From: Eledone cirrhosa
Lineage: Eukaryota
Length of the DNA: 64,000 bases
Assembly (NCBI GenBank): GCA_964016885.1
Contig: OZ024740.1
Span: 45,694,001-45,758,000 of the forward strand
Direction of reading: 5' to 3'
Made by a program: the position numbers and the translations under genes
Shown here: in pieces, positions 13,755-24,864 of the stretch
How positions within the stretch are numbered: position 1 is the stretch's first letter
Layout: each line of letters opens with the position of its first letter
Notes under the pieces: generated by a model
What the model was told of the DNA's origin: nothing
Database searches by the model: none
The model's input: the letters and a program-made list of their open reading frames with translations, nothing else

Positions 13755-15117
13755 CTATTCCCCCTCTCTCTCTATATATATCTTACGCTTTCGCTTTACA
13801 CTCCTCCCCTTCAATAACACATTTCCCCCTCTCTATATATCTCTTCCACTGTTACTTACGCCTGTTTCTCTCTATCTGTTCCGTCTCTATATATATCTCT
13901 CTTACTCTTTCGCTTTGCACTCCTCCCCTTCAATACCATCTCTCCCCTCTCTATATATTTGTTACTCTATCGCTGCACGCTCCTCTCCTTCAATATATCA
14001 ATTACACACGCTTTACACTCCTTTATCCCCAGCGCCCCTATATATACACCCCCCCTCCCGCATCTATATTTTAATGTTCCGTTGCACCGTGAATATATGT
14101 GTCTATATATATATACATATATATTGTATATACACATTCATGTATGTGTATACACACTCATGTATGTATATACACTGGTTTTATGTGTGTATTGTAAATT
14201 TGTACTGTTAAAACACGAAACTAACATTCGATTGACACTTTGATTACCTGTACAGGCAATAGTTATTAGAATGCTGTTGAAGTGTGTATATATTTTTGGG
14301 GGACATCCTGTATATACACACATTATATATAATACAATAAACAGATAAATACACACATATATATATGAGCTTATTTAATTATAAATATTGTGAATTTTTA
14401 ACTCAGTTCAATTATATATATAAATGGCTTCTACAGGACTAGAACTGTTTCATTCGAAAGAAATCATCATAATATTGAGAGGGGGGACTAGATAAAATAT
14501 TTCAAATCAAATGTGTATAAGTTATAAGTTAAAATGTATAAATAGAGACGATAGTGGAGGTATATCTGTTTAGTGGAACAGTAGACGATAGAATTAAATA
14601 CAGACGAGAATCTCCCTTTAATGAAACAGCAGACGATAGAATTAAGGCAATTTAAATTTTAAGCATTTGCATTTTTGCCTTTCATCGTTACGGGGTCGAT
14701 AAAATAAAGTACCAGTAATACACTGTCACTATAAGTAGACGACTTTCAAATTGAATTGTTGGTTCCATTTCTTTAGTATTTTCAATTGTAGTTATCTACT
14801 TAAAAAGCATTACACGGTTAGAGACATAATTGGTAAGTTATATCTTCCCTATTAAACCATTGCATTATTTCGCCTGCAATAGAACAAAAATGAAATATTC
14901 TTTAAAGAAACAGGAATATAACTTTATAAAAAAAAAAGTTGCATCCGCTTCTTTTATCATTGATAATTTTTTCGTTTTAATATTAATTGTTTTTTGTAGT
15001 TGTTTATATTAAAAATCTTACTGTAATATTTACTTAAACGAAGGCAGACATCTAAACTTATAGATTAATCTTGAGCGAAGGACTAGATAAATCTCTCTCT
15101 CTCTCTCTATCTATCTA

Positions 15118-15162
<45 letters not shown>

Positions 15163-15460
15163 GAAGAATGATAACATTTCAAGCAAAGAGTTTAATTAGG
15201 TAATGACTTACAAATTTGTTTCAGTATATATTTAATATAATATTAATATATTTTGTAATATTATTAACTAATTATTATAATTGGCGCTTCAGGCTTTGTC
15301 TATATACTGAAACAAATTTGTAAGTCATTACCTAATTAAACTCTTTGCTTGAAATTTTATCACTCTTCGTTTTGAATTTCTCCTAAGTATTCAATACTCT
15401 GTTGAGAAATACATTTTACATAAACAGTCTTTGTACCATTTATACGGTATTAATTACTTA

Positions 15461-15499
<39 letters not shown>

Positions 15500-16499
15500 C
15501 GTATGATTAGAACTGTGTTTATTATTAATATTTTAATGGATTTAATGAAAAATTTTAGGTGTTCATATATATATATTCTAAAAATGCGCGAAATCGTGAA
15601 TCCGCGATAGTTGAACCGCCAAGTAGCGAGGTATCACTGTATATATGTTTAAATATATAGTGTAGCTGTGATGTATCTCGCGAGTGTATCGAGACCTGTC
15701 ACTGATTTTAGTGTCCCCACTGCCGATGTGAATGAGCAACGCTGCACTTGTGAATTGGGTCTTGATGTTGCAGGCGGTTCATATACTTACAATGATGCGG
15801 TCCCACAAGCTTGTTCACATTCCTGTGCTAATAATCTAGATGGGCGTATTAAATTGGATGTGAAAGCAGCTTACCGGATGCGGAATCGGGAGAAGTTGAG
15901 ACAAAAACAGGCCGATTATAGAGCTGTGAATTTTGCTAAATTAACACAAAAACAGGCCAAGTATAGATGTTCAAAACGGTATGAGTTGGCAAACAAGCAG
16001 GCCAAGTATAGATCTGCAAATTCAGCTATTATATCTCAAAAGCAAGCCGAACGTAGAGCTTCTAAACGTACCGAGTTGGCTAAAGAGCAGACCGAGTACA
16101 GATCTGCAAATATCTTATTGCACAAACAATAATTCTGCACAAATGTTGCTCCATTATTTTGGCAGTATTGGTAGAGGGTCGGATGCCATGCTTTCCAGCA
16201 TAGTTACGTCCCTTTACGATCTGAGTTCAAATCCTGCCGAGGTTGACTTTGCCTTTCATCCTTACGGGGTAGATAAAATAAAGTACCAGTAATGCACTGG
16301 GTAATTGCTGGCCTTGTGCCTAAAGTAGAAACAATTATTAGATCTAATGTTGCAACGATACAGTTAAATGTTGTCTGTGTATTTTAAAAAAGATTTGCTT
16401 ATAATCTTTTCAAATTTCATTACGCCAATGATTCAAGCTCAAATTGACATTATCTAAAAAATTGTACAAACAGCGGTGGATTAGCAGTAGTGAACAGAT

Positions 16500-17178
16500 A
16501 AATCAGTCAATTTATTAAGATTGACTTGGCATCAATCAGCAAGACCTTCATTAGCTGCTCTCCAGCCATCTATTTAAAGCTGTATACATCTATGGTACGA
16601 ATACACTTGGAGTTCGCGTCATCAGTCTGGAACCCCTATCTTGCTCAGAACATTGACCTCCTGGAAACTGTTCAGAGACATGCAACCAAGCGCATACCCT
16701 CCATCAGACACCTACCATACCCTGAATATTTTGCTTCCCTCTGGCAATGGACTTGGTAAACACCCACAAAGTTATTAACCATCCGACCAACAACAACCCC
16801 GAACACCTTTTTGATCTCCATGTGTCTAACACGTGGACATGCCTACAAAGTCAGAAAACAACACAGCTCCCATGACTTTAGGAAATATTTCTTCATGCTC
16901 AGAGTTGCTGAAGGATGGAACAAACTTCCTGCATCAGTTGTTAGCTGATGACACACTGCATCCTTTAAAACCATCATACATTCCGAAATACACCAAAACT
17001 ACACCTGATGTCCCCCTTCCATACACATGCACATATGTGTATATCATGACTCATGCACTGTTCTTTTTTCCTGACGTTTTTATATTACCCTATGTATTAT
17101 ATATGCACTTTTGATGAGTTGTAGTGCACCTCAGCATTGTACACAATATTTTCATTATTATTATCATTATTATTATTA
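16500..17178 (+). mobile_element. 3' fragment of a CR1/L2-group LINE
   Basis: LYTSMVRIHLEFASSVWNP..QNIDLLETVQRHATKRIP followed by TRGHAYKV, typical CR1 ORF2 C-terminal motifs. (ATT)n tail at ~17154-17178. Confidence 0.85.
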
Positions 17179-18370
17179 CACTCATTGATCCATTTTGCAC
17201 TAACTCTGCATCAAGCACCCTCACCTAAATATTAACCAATCAAGGATCCAATACAGCTATCTGTTGGATGAGTATTGTATAGTGCCAAAAACGAAACCAA
17301 TCAGTTTAGCAGAAAGTTTCCAGACAAGAAACACGCATATTTTGCTATCCTCAAACACGTTTACACATGGCATGAAATATAACTAATCCGAGATGGCTAG
17401 GTTTCATCTTCTAACTGGATATACGAAATCCATTATGTCTTGACAACAACATGAGGTAACATTATGTTATTCACAGACACACTTTGTACACTGTTCCATA
17501 TCAGAATGTATTTCCTTCGTCACATTCACAAACAGTATTGAAAATATGTTCTTCGGCAAATAAAAATGTTTTGTTCATAATATTTCAACTAGCGATTGCT
17601 CTACTCCACGCACGACCACCATAAATTAATGACCAGCTCAACACAAGTATTGGTAGAGCGTCAGACACCATGCTTTGCAGTATTGTTATGGTCCTTTGCA
17701 TTCTAAGTTCAAATCCTGCCGAGGTTAACTTCGACTTTCATACTTACTAATTCGATAAAATAAAGTACCAGTAATGGACTGCCGTAATGGATTTGTGCCG
17801 AAAAATAGAAACACTATTAATGTGCAATAAGAGCAAAATATAACGACATTGCTCAATTATTTTATCTAATGTTGTAATAACACAAGGAAATGTTGTTTGT
17901 GTATTTTTTTTTATATTTGCTCATAGGCTTTTACAATTTCGCTCAGCCAACAACTATTAAAAAGTGAGTTGCTTAAGATGGTAATTTAATCACAAATTGT
18001 TGCTATCTTTTAATACACTCCAACAAGTCATCAAATTATGTACAATAAAAACAAATCTTATTAATTTGCTCAGGGAATATAAAGAAAATGTATATACACT
18101 GATAATTGCAATTGTATGTAAATATTTTGTTTTTGTATTGTTTATTTTATGTTTTCTATTATGTATAATATATTGATTTAATATTGATTGTTTTTTGTAG
18201 TTGTTTATATTAAAAGTCTGAAAATATTTTTATACATCTTACACTAATATTTATAAGATAATTTATAATAACAATTACATAATCTAATTACATTACAACG
18301 ATAATTTATTATTAATATATATCCTGTTTAACTAGAGTTATTACAAGCGTTGCCTTAAAAAAATATTAAA

Positions 18371-19325
18371 CTAGACATGAAAAATGCGCAAGCTCAAAAG
18401 TGCCACAGAATGTTATAATAAACCTTCAAAAGTGTGGGACTAGAGTTGTTGCTAAAAAATATTGTAATCATTATATATCGTACATTCTGTGGCATCCTTT
18501 ATAAAAATAGCTTAAACCAACGAAGCCTTTATTTTTACGCTATTTCACTTAGTTAATTCTTAGAGTGTAACATATAAAAATAAATACATCTATGTTTAAT
18601 GTAATAACAGCTATAAATAATTACGTAATATTATTATCATATACTCATAGTAACAAAATAATTGTGTTGAAAATTAATATGATGCTTATATGAACGATCA
18701 AATCTATAATGATAATTTCTTAAATATACTAATAGTAAAATAATTTAGTTATCTATTGTTACATTTTCATAGAACTATAATATTAACAATCGTATTGCAT
18801 TATCAAATTTTTATCACTACAAACTTTCATATTGGAATTACCTTAAGCCACTTATTATTACTTCGCTTTCGTACTTTTACAGTTGTAGATATTGCGCTGT
18901 ATCTTATATCTAATATCAATATCTCATGGTAATTTGCATGCAGTGTAAAATAGGTTTATTAATAACTTTAATATGAAATGTATTATACAGGGCTGCGGAG
19001 TCGGCCAAAAATTGACTGGCTCCAACTCAGGATCCGATATTCCATTATTTCCTAAATTTCAGCTCCGCAGCTCTGTTATTATATTAATTAATTTATTTTA
19101 TAGTTGTAAATCATATTTTTATATGTTACACTCTAAGAATTAACTAAGTGAAATAGCGTAAAAATAAAGGCTTCGTTGGTTTAAGCTATTTTTATAAAGG
19201 ATGCCACAGAATGTACGATATATAATGATTACAATATTTTTTAGCAACAACTCTAGTCCCACACTTTTGAAGGTTTATTATAACATTCTGTGGCACTTTT
19301 GAGCTTGCGCATTTTTCATGTCTAG
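18371..19325. repeat. Long inverted repeat with ~210-bp near-perfect arms (18371-18582 / 19114-19325)
   Basis: CTAGACATGAAAAATGCGCAAGCTC... is matched by ...GAGCTTGCGCATTTTTCATGTCTAG. No mismatch noticed by eye. Confidence 0.9.
18988..19075. mobile_element. Tiny hAT-type MITE
   Basis: TIRs CAGGGCTGCGGAG / CTCCGCAGCTCTG. Flanks GTATTATA / TTATTATA (7/8 TSD). Confidence 0.65.
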
Positions 19326-20760
19326 TAATATATAACCAGCAATTTCTCTGTCTGTCTGTCCGACAGTGGAAACACGTGCGCGCGTGCGAATGTTTTTTGC
19401 GCACGCGTAGACAGAGAGTGAGAGTGAAAGAAAGAGACAGACTACAAGAGGGGGATAGCGGGAGAGAGAGAGACGCTGGAAGAGGGGAAGGAAAGGTATG
19501 TCTTGCTGTCTGCATTACGATACATATATATACACACACACACTGAGCGCGTCATAATGACGTAATGCAGACAGCCAGACATACAGACAGATATTATAAG
19601 GACGCAACGTTATATCTATGTATCTATCTAAAAAGAAAAACTAAGACTTTATAGAGAGAGATCGCTAAATCGCCTAATGCGGTCCCTAGAGCATTGAAAA
19701 TTTGAAATATTTTTTGCTCAAAACACTCACAAGACCCTAAGTATTACATGTGTAAAGGTTGAAAACAATGGGTTGGGTGGTTCTCAAGTTTTAGTGAGCT
19801 GACAGACAGACAGGCAGACATTCTTTGTTTTAGATATGATATATAGACTAGCAGAAAACCGCCCCGGGTGGTTTTCTGCTAGTCTATATATATAAAACTG
19901 AGGATGTCTGTCTGTGTGTGTGTGAGTTTGAATCTCTAAAACTCGAGAACCACCCAACCGACTGTTTTGAAACTTTACACATGTAATACTTATGTTTCAG
20001 GGAGTGTCTGAGCAAAAAAAATTTCAAATTTTCAATGCCCTAGGGACTGCATTAGGCGATTTAGCGATCTCTCTATAATTCTTAGTCTTTCTCTTTTTAG
20101 ATAGATACATACATATAACGTCGCGCCCTTATAATATTTGTCTGTATGTCTGGCTGTCTGCATTACGTCACTTCCCTGAGGATGTCTGTGTGTGTGTGTG
20201 TATGTGTGTGTGTGTGTGTCTGTGAGTTTGAATCCCTAAAACTCGAGAAGTACCCAACCGATTTTTTTTCAAAATTTACATGTGTATTACTTATGTTTCA
20301 AGGAGTGATATGCACATAAAACATTCAACTCTTTGAACCTCTAGGGATCAACATTTTGACTCTTAGGGTTTGCATTAGGGGAAAAACTACTTTTTAAAAG
20401 CTTTTTAGTTTTTTTTTGTAACTATGTATTAGTCACTGTCTTTGTCATACCATGAGCAAAAAAAAAATCCAACTGTTTTATGGCCTTATTAGGTGAAAAA
20501 CTTAATTTTTTCAACTTTTTAGGGCATTTTGGTGGCGTTACGTCTAGCCGATTTTCCAGAAATTTCAAAGCATATTATGCACATAAAAAAAATTCATTTT
20601 CTTGATCGAGGAAAATCTTAAAGATTATCCAGCCATCAGAGTATTCAGTTTATTTTCTTTACATATTGTCGAGGCATGTAGTTTTTCCACGATTAGGTCT
20701 GTTGGCGACACGCGTTCCAAAATACCTTATCCCGTGCAACGCCGGGTACCACTGCTAATT
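19326..20760. mobile_element. Cluster of non-autonomous Helitron/Helentron-like elements, partly arranged as a large palindrome
   Basis: CTAG-bounded units with (TCTG)n/(TG)n near one end. 3' hairpin CCCGTGCAACGCCGGG followed by GCTAAT at ~20731-20760. ~19550-19860 is the inverse of ~19872-20170. Confidence 0.55.
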
Positions 20761-21469
20761 CGATATAAAACTCACGAATACGCTATGTTAGAGTGAAAAA
20801 CTAAATTCTAATTTTGTTGTTAGTATTTTATTTGAAATGCGGCAAATTCACAAATTTTTTAGGACGTCGGATAGAATGCTTTGTAGTATTCATTTCGGAT
20901 CTCTGCTCTCCGAGTTCAAATCCCGCCTAGGTCAACTTTGCTTTTCATCTATTCATGGTCGATAAAAAAAGTACCAGTGAATTACGGGGGTCGATTCTTC
21001 CTCTATATCTATTTCCCACTTCCTTTCTTTCACTCTCACTATCCTTCTCTGGAAGAAATCTGCTGTATTCAGGCATGGAGAGGAGATGGGCTCCGCCAGG
21101 TTTTAAAATTGCCCTAGAAACGCCGTATGTCCATATGGTGCGGTCACGACTCTCTCAGAAGTTACGGGTCCATACTATTTTATTTGAAAGATCACACCAT
21201 TACAACCAGTTTTATGGTACAGTTACTGCTCATTCAAGATTTTGCTGGGTCAGAAGATGTATCATAATTTCCCCATATACTCATTATAGAAAATATTTAT
21301 CTTATTTATGTTTTCTGTTACCACACACCATCATTAGGACATAACTTACATTGTTGTTACAGTCCAACCCTAGTCCTAAACTATTGGCTGGAATTCCATA
21401 TTGATCGATGCCTTACGAATGTCTCAAAAACGTTTGATGTCACATTTTCCTTCGTTCCTCTCAAGAAAG

Positions 21470-21932
21470 CTTGCGCACTGCACTCTACACATGAATGGAG
21501 TTCCACTGATGTAGGTACAGAAGTTCAAGTATCTCGGAGCCGTGTTTACGAATACAAGCGGCGGCCGATATGGGGTTCCTCTGATGGGTCTTTGGAGTAA
21601 CGTTAGTCGATAGAGTGTGTAGGTCGGAGATCAGAGAGTTACTCCAGGTAGAGCCACTATTTCTCCGAATTGAGAGATTACAGCTCTGATACTATGGGCA
21701 TGTGTTTAGAATGTCTCAGTAAAGAATCGCTGGACAGATTTTACTGGTAAAACCAACCGGCAAGAGACCCAGCGGTGGACCCCGAGCAAGATTGTTGGAT
21801 AACATCCATGAGCTTAAATGGTTACGCTTGGGGATCCAGCTAGATCAGTTGGAGACGGTGGTTCCGACAGGACCCGCTGGAAGGAGTGTTTGAGGACTCT
21901 GCCTCCACGACCCTCTCAGGAATAATTGGGCA

Positions 21933-21963
<31 letters not shown>

Positions 21964-21990
21964 AAGAAGAAGAAAGAAAGAAAGAAACAA
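21470..21990 (+). mobile_element. Internally deleted 3' fragment of the Expander-like LINE seen at 3845-4818 (another piece at ~10160-10340)
   Basis: Shares CTACACATGAATGGAGTTCCACTGA, GAATTGAGAGAT.ACAGCTC and GAGTGTTTGAGGACTC..CCACGACCCTC with the nested copy. (GAA)n tail. Confidence 0.8.
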
Positions 21991-22176
21991 ACAAACAAGA
22001 ATAATAATAATAGTAATAATAATAATAATAAGAAGAAGAAGAAGAAGAAGAAAATATTATTGTTATTGTTGACAATTCATTCTGTAATGTGTAACTACAT
22101 ATTAGTATACGTACGTACGTACGTATGTATGTATGTATGTATGTATGTATGTATGTATGTATGTATGTATGTATAT

Positions 22177-22786
22177 TGTCAGGTCACCAGTTGGTGCTAC
22201 TGGTAACATGTATCCCAGTACAACCTGTCCCATGGTCGGGTCGTTGGCGACTAAACTGGCAACCCCACCAAGGTTTCTTGGTGAGGAGGGTGACTTTGGA
22301 CATCCTGCAGGACTAAAAACAAAACCTGTCAAAGGGCAAAGGAGCTCTTAAGAGTCAATGGCCATCCAAAATCACCGGGAGAGATGACCCCTTAGCCTTT
22401 GTCAAGGCAGCATTCTAGGAGAAGGAAAACTCTGATATAACACCTGCAACCCTGATGGTATCCAATGATGTTGACTTGTTCTTCTTTTTGGTAAATATCA
22501 TCTTGGTTAAGAGAGTGGGACTGGCTTTGTGCAGTGCCTTTGCTCACTATAAAAGCTTCACGGCACAGGCATTGCTTTATATCTGGAGATCTCTCTGCAC
22601 TTGTCGTCACATGGTACCATGAGCCCAGCACTATGTGTCAGTAATTGTCACAAGTGTAGTGTTTGTACCAGAGTTTTCAAGTCGCTGGCTGGACTAAAAA
22701 GTCACACTCGTTCAGCGCATCGGTAGGGGTTCTCCTACATGGATATAGAGTAGTGGCCGTACTCGAAAACGAGTTGGCAGCCACCA
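22177..22786 (+). mobile_element. Non-autonomous bipartite RTE-derived element (RTE 5'UTR + RTE 3' end)
   Basis: 22385-22575 aligns with the RTE 5'UTR at 24925-25135. 22754-22786 matches the RTE 3' terminus at 28967-28998. No ORF. (TATG)n tail. Confidence 0.75.
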
Positions 22787-23308
22787 TGTATGTATGTATG
22801 TATGTATGTGTGTATGTATGTGTGTATGTATGTATGTATGTATGTATGTGTGTGTGTATGTATGTATGTGTGTGTGTATGTACGTACGTATGTATGTATG
22901 TATGTATGTATGTATGTATGTATGTGTGTGTGTATGTATGTATGTATGTATGTATGTATGTATGTATGTGTGTATGTGTGTATGTATGTATGTATGTATG
23001 TATGTATGTATGTGTGTATGTATGAATGTATGTGTGTATGTATATATGTATGAATGTATGTATGTATGTATGTATGTATGTATGTATGTATGTATGTATG
23101 TGTGTATGTATGTATGTATGTGTGTATGTATATATGTATGAATGTATGTATGTATGTATGTATGTATGTATGTATGTATGTATGTATGTATGTGTGTATG
23201 TATATATGTATGAATGTATGTATGTATGTATGTGTGTGTGTATGTATGTATGTATGTATGTATGTATGTATGTATGTATGTATATATGTATGAATGTATG
23301 TATGTATG

Positions 23309-23342
<34 letters not shown>

Positions 23343-23663
23343 TGTATGTATGTGTGTATGTATGTATGTATGTATATATGTATGAATGTATGTATGTATG
23401 TATGTATGTGTGTGTGTATGTATGTATGTATGTGTGTGTGTATGTACGTACGTATGTATGTATGTATGTATGTATGTATGTATGTATGTATGTATGTATG
23501 TATGTGTGTGTGTATGTATGTATGTATGTATGTATGTATGTATGTATGTATGTATGTATGTATGTATGTGTGTATGTATGTGTGTATGTATGTATGTATG
23601 TATGTATGTATGTATGTATGTATGTGTGTATGTATGAATGTATGTGTGTATGTATATATGTAT
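22786..23663. repeat. Compound (TATG)n microsatellite, ~880 bp
   Basis: TATG units interspersed with TG and TATATGTATGAATG variants. Confidence 0.95.
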
Positions 23664-24363
23664 GAGGGAGCTTATAGATAGGACAACACACGCTGTCTCT
23701 TCGTGGGGTAAGTTTTTAATTAATTTTTGTATTCTGAAACATCAAAATACAACAATTTGTTGGTTACTGGACTCGGGAATGTCACGACAGAAGTTTGTGG
23801 AAGTTACACAAATATTTTAGTATATTTTAGCAGAGCAATCCTTATTTATATTTTACATTTACTTACATCTCAATATAACATGGCTAGAATTCAAATTTTG
23901 CTAAGAGAAGAAAACGGTCAAATGAACTAGATACATCTCACTGTCCACACCACCACAATAACGTCTACACTCTCTCCCCACCATCACATGTCATTACCAT
24001 ACCATACCCTATCGAGACTAAAGTCATCGACCTGTTGTCAAACTCTCTACTCTCTGATGAATGTATATATATATATGTGTGTGTATGTATATGTGTGTAT
24101 ATACATCACTCAGTCAAACAACCAGATTTCAACCCCAACATCTACAACAACAACAACACCGGCACTAATGTTTACAGCAACAACAGCTTCAGAATGAACT
24201 GAAATGAACATTTACAACAATTACAACAACAACAACAACAGCGGCATCAAAACATAAAAAAAGGAAGGGAAAAGAAAAAAGAAAAGGGAAGGGGAAAAAA
24301 AAAAAAAAAAAAAAAAGGAGAAAAAAAGAAAGGAAAAAAAAAAAAAAAAAAACTCAAAATAAC

Positions 24364-24398
<35 letters not shown>

Positions 24399-24864
24399 CA
24401 GAACAACAACATCAACTGCCACCACCACCACCACCGCCACCGCCGTCGCCATCACCATCACCAGCGACCTTAAGAACAACTTTAATAATAATTTTTCTGC
24501 TTTTGGCACGGATCCAGCGACTGGCCAGCGCATCACTGGTACTCTCTTTTGTTGACTCCGTGGAGAGCCATAACTCTATGCTGTAAAGCAATTATAGTAA
24601 TACTGGACTGTAATACGATCGGCTTCAACTATACAAACTCTTGAAAGTCAACAGTTGACATAATCTGGTAATCTTGTATCAGTAATGACGGTAATATATA
24701 TATATATATGTGTGTGTGTGCGTGTAAGTGAGTAGAGTAGCGTGTGTGTGTGTTTGTTGTGTGTGTGAGTGTTGCTGTGTGCACGCATATGTATGCGTGT
24801 GTGTGTATGTCGTACGTATAAGTGTCAATAAGTAATTTTTTTTTTTTTTTTTTTTTTTGCGCGG

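Noticed and set aside
14438-14472. Minus-strand hammerhead-like motifs (also ~32046-32080)
   Set aside because: The catalytic box is altered (ATGATGA / CAGATGA) and stem I is not supported, so they are too degenerate to call.
22663-23820. Many MYVC/HTYI-repeat ORFs (also 28773-30138, 58272-58940)
   Set aside because: Translations of (TATG)n/(CA)n microsatellites.
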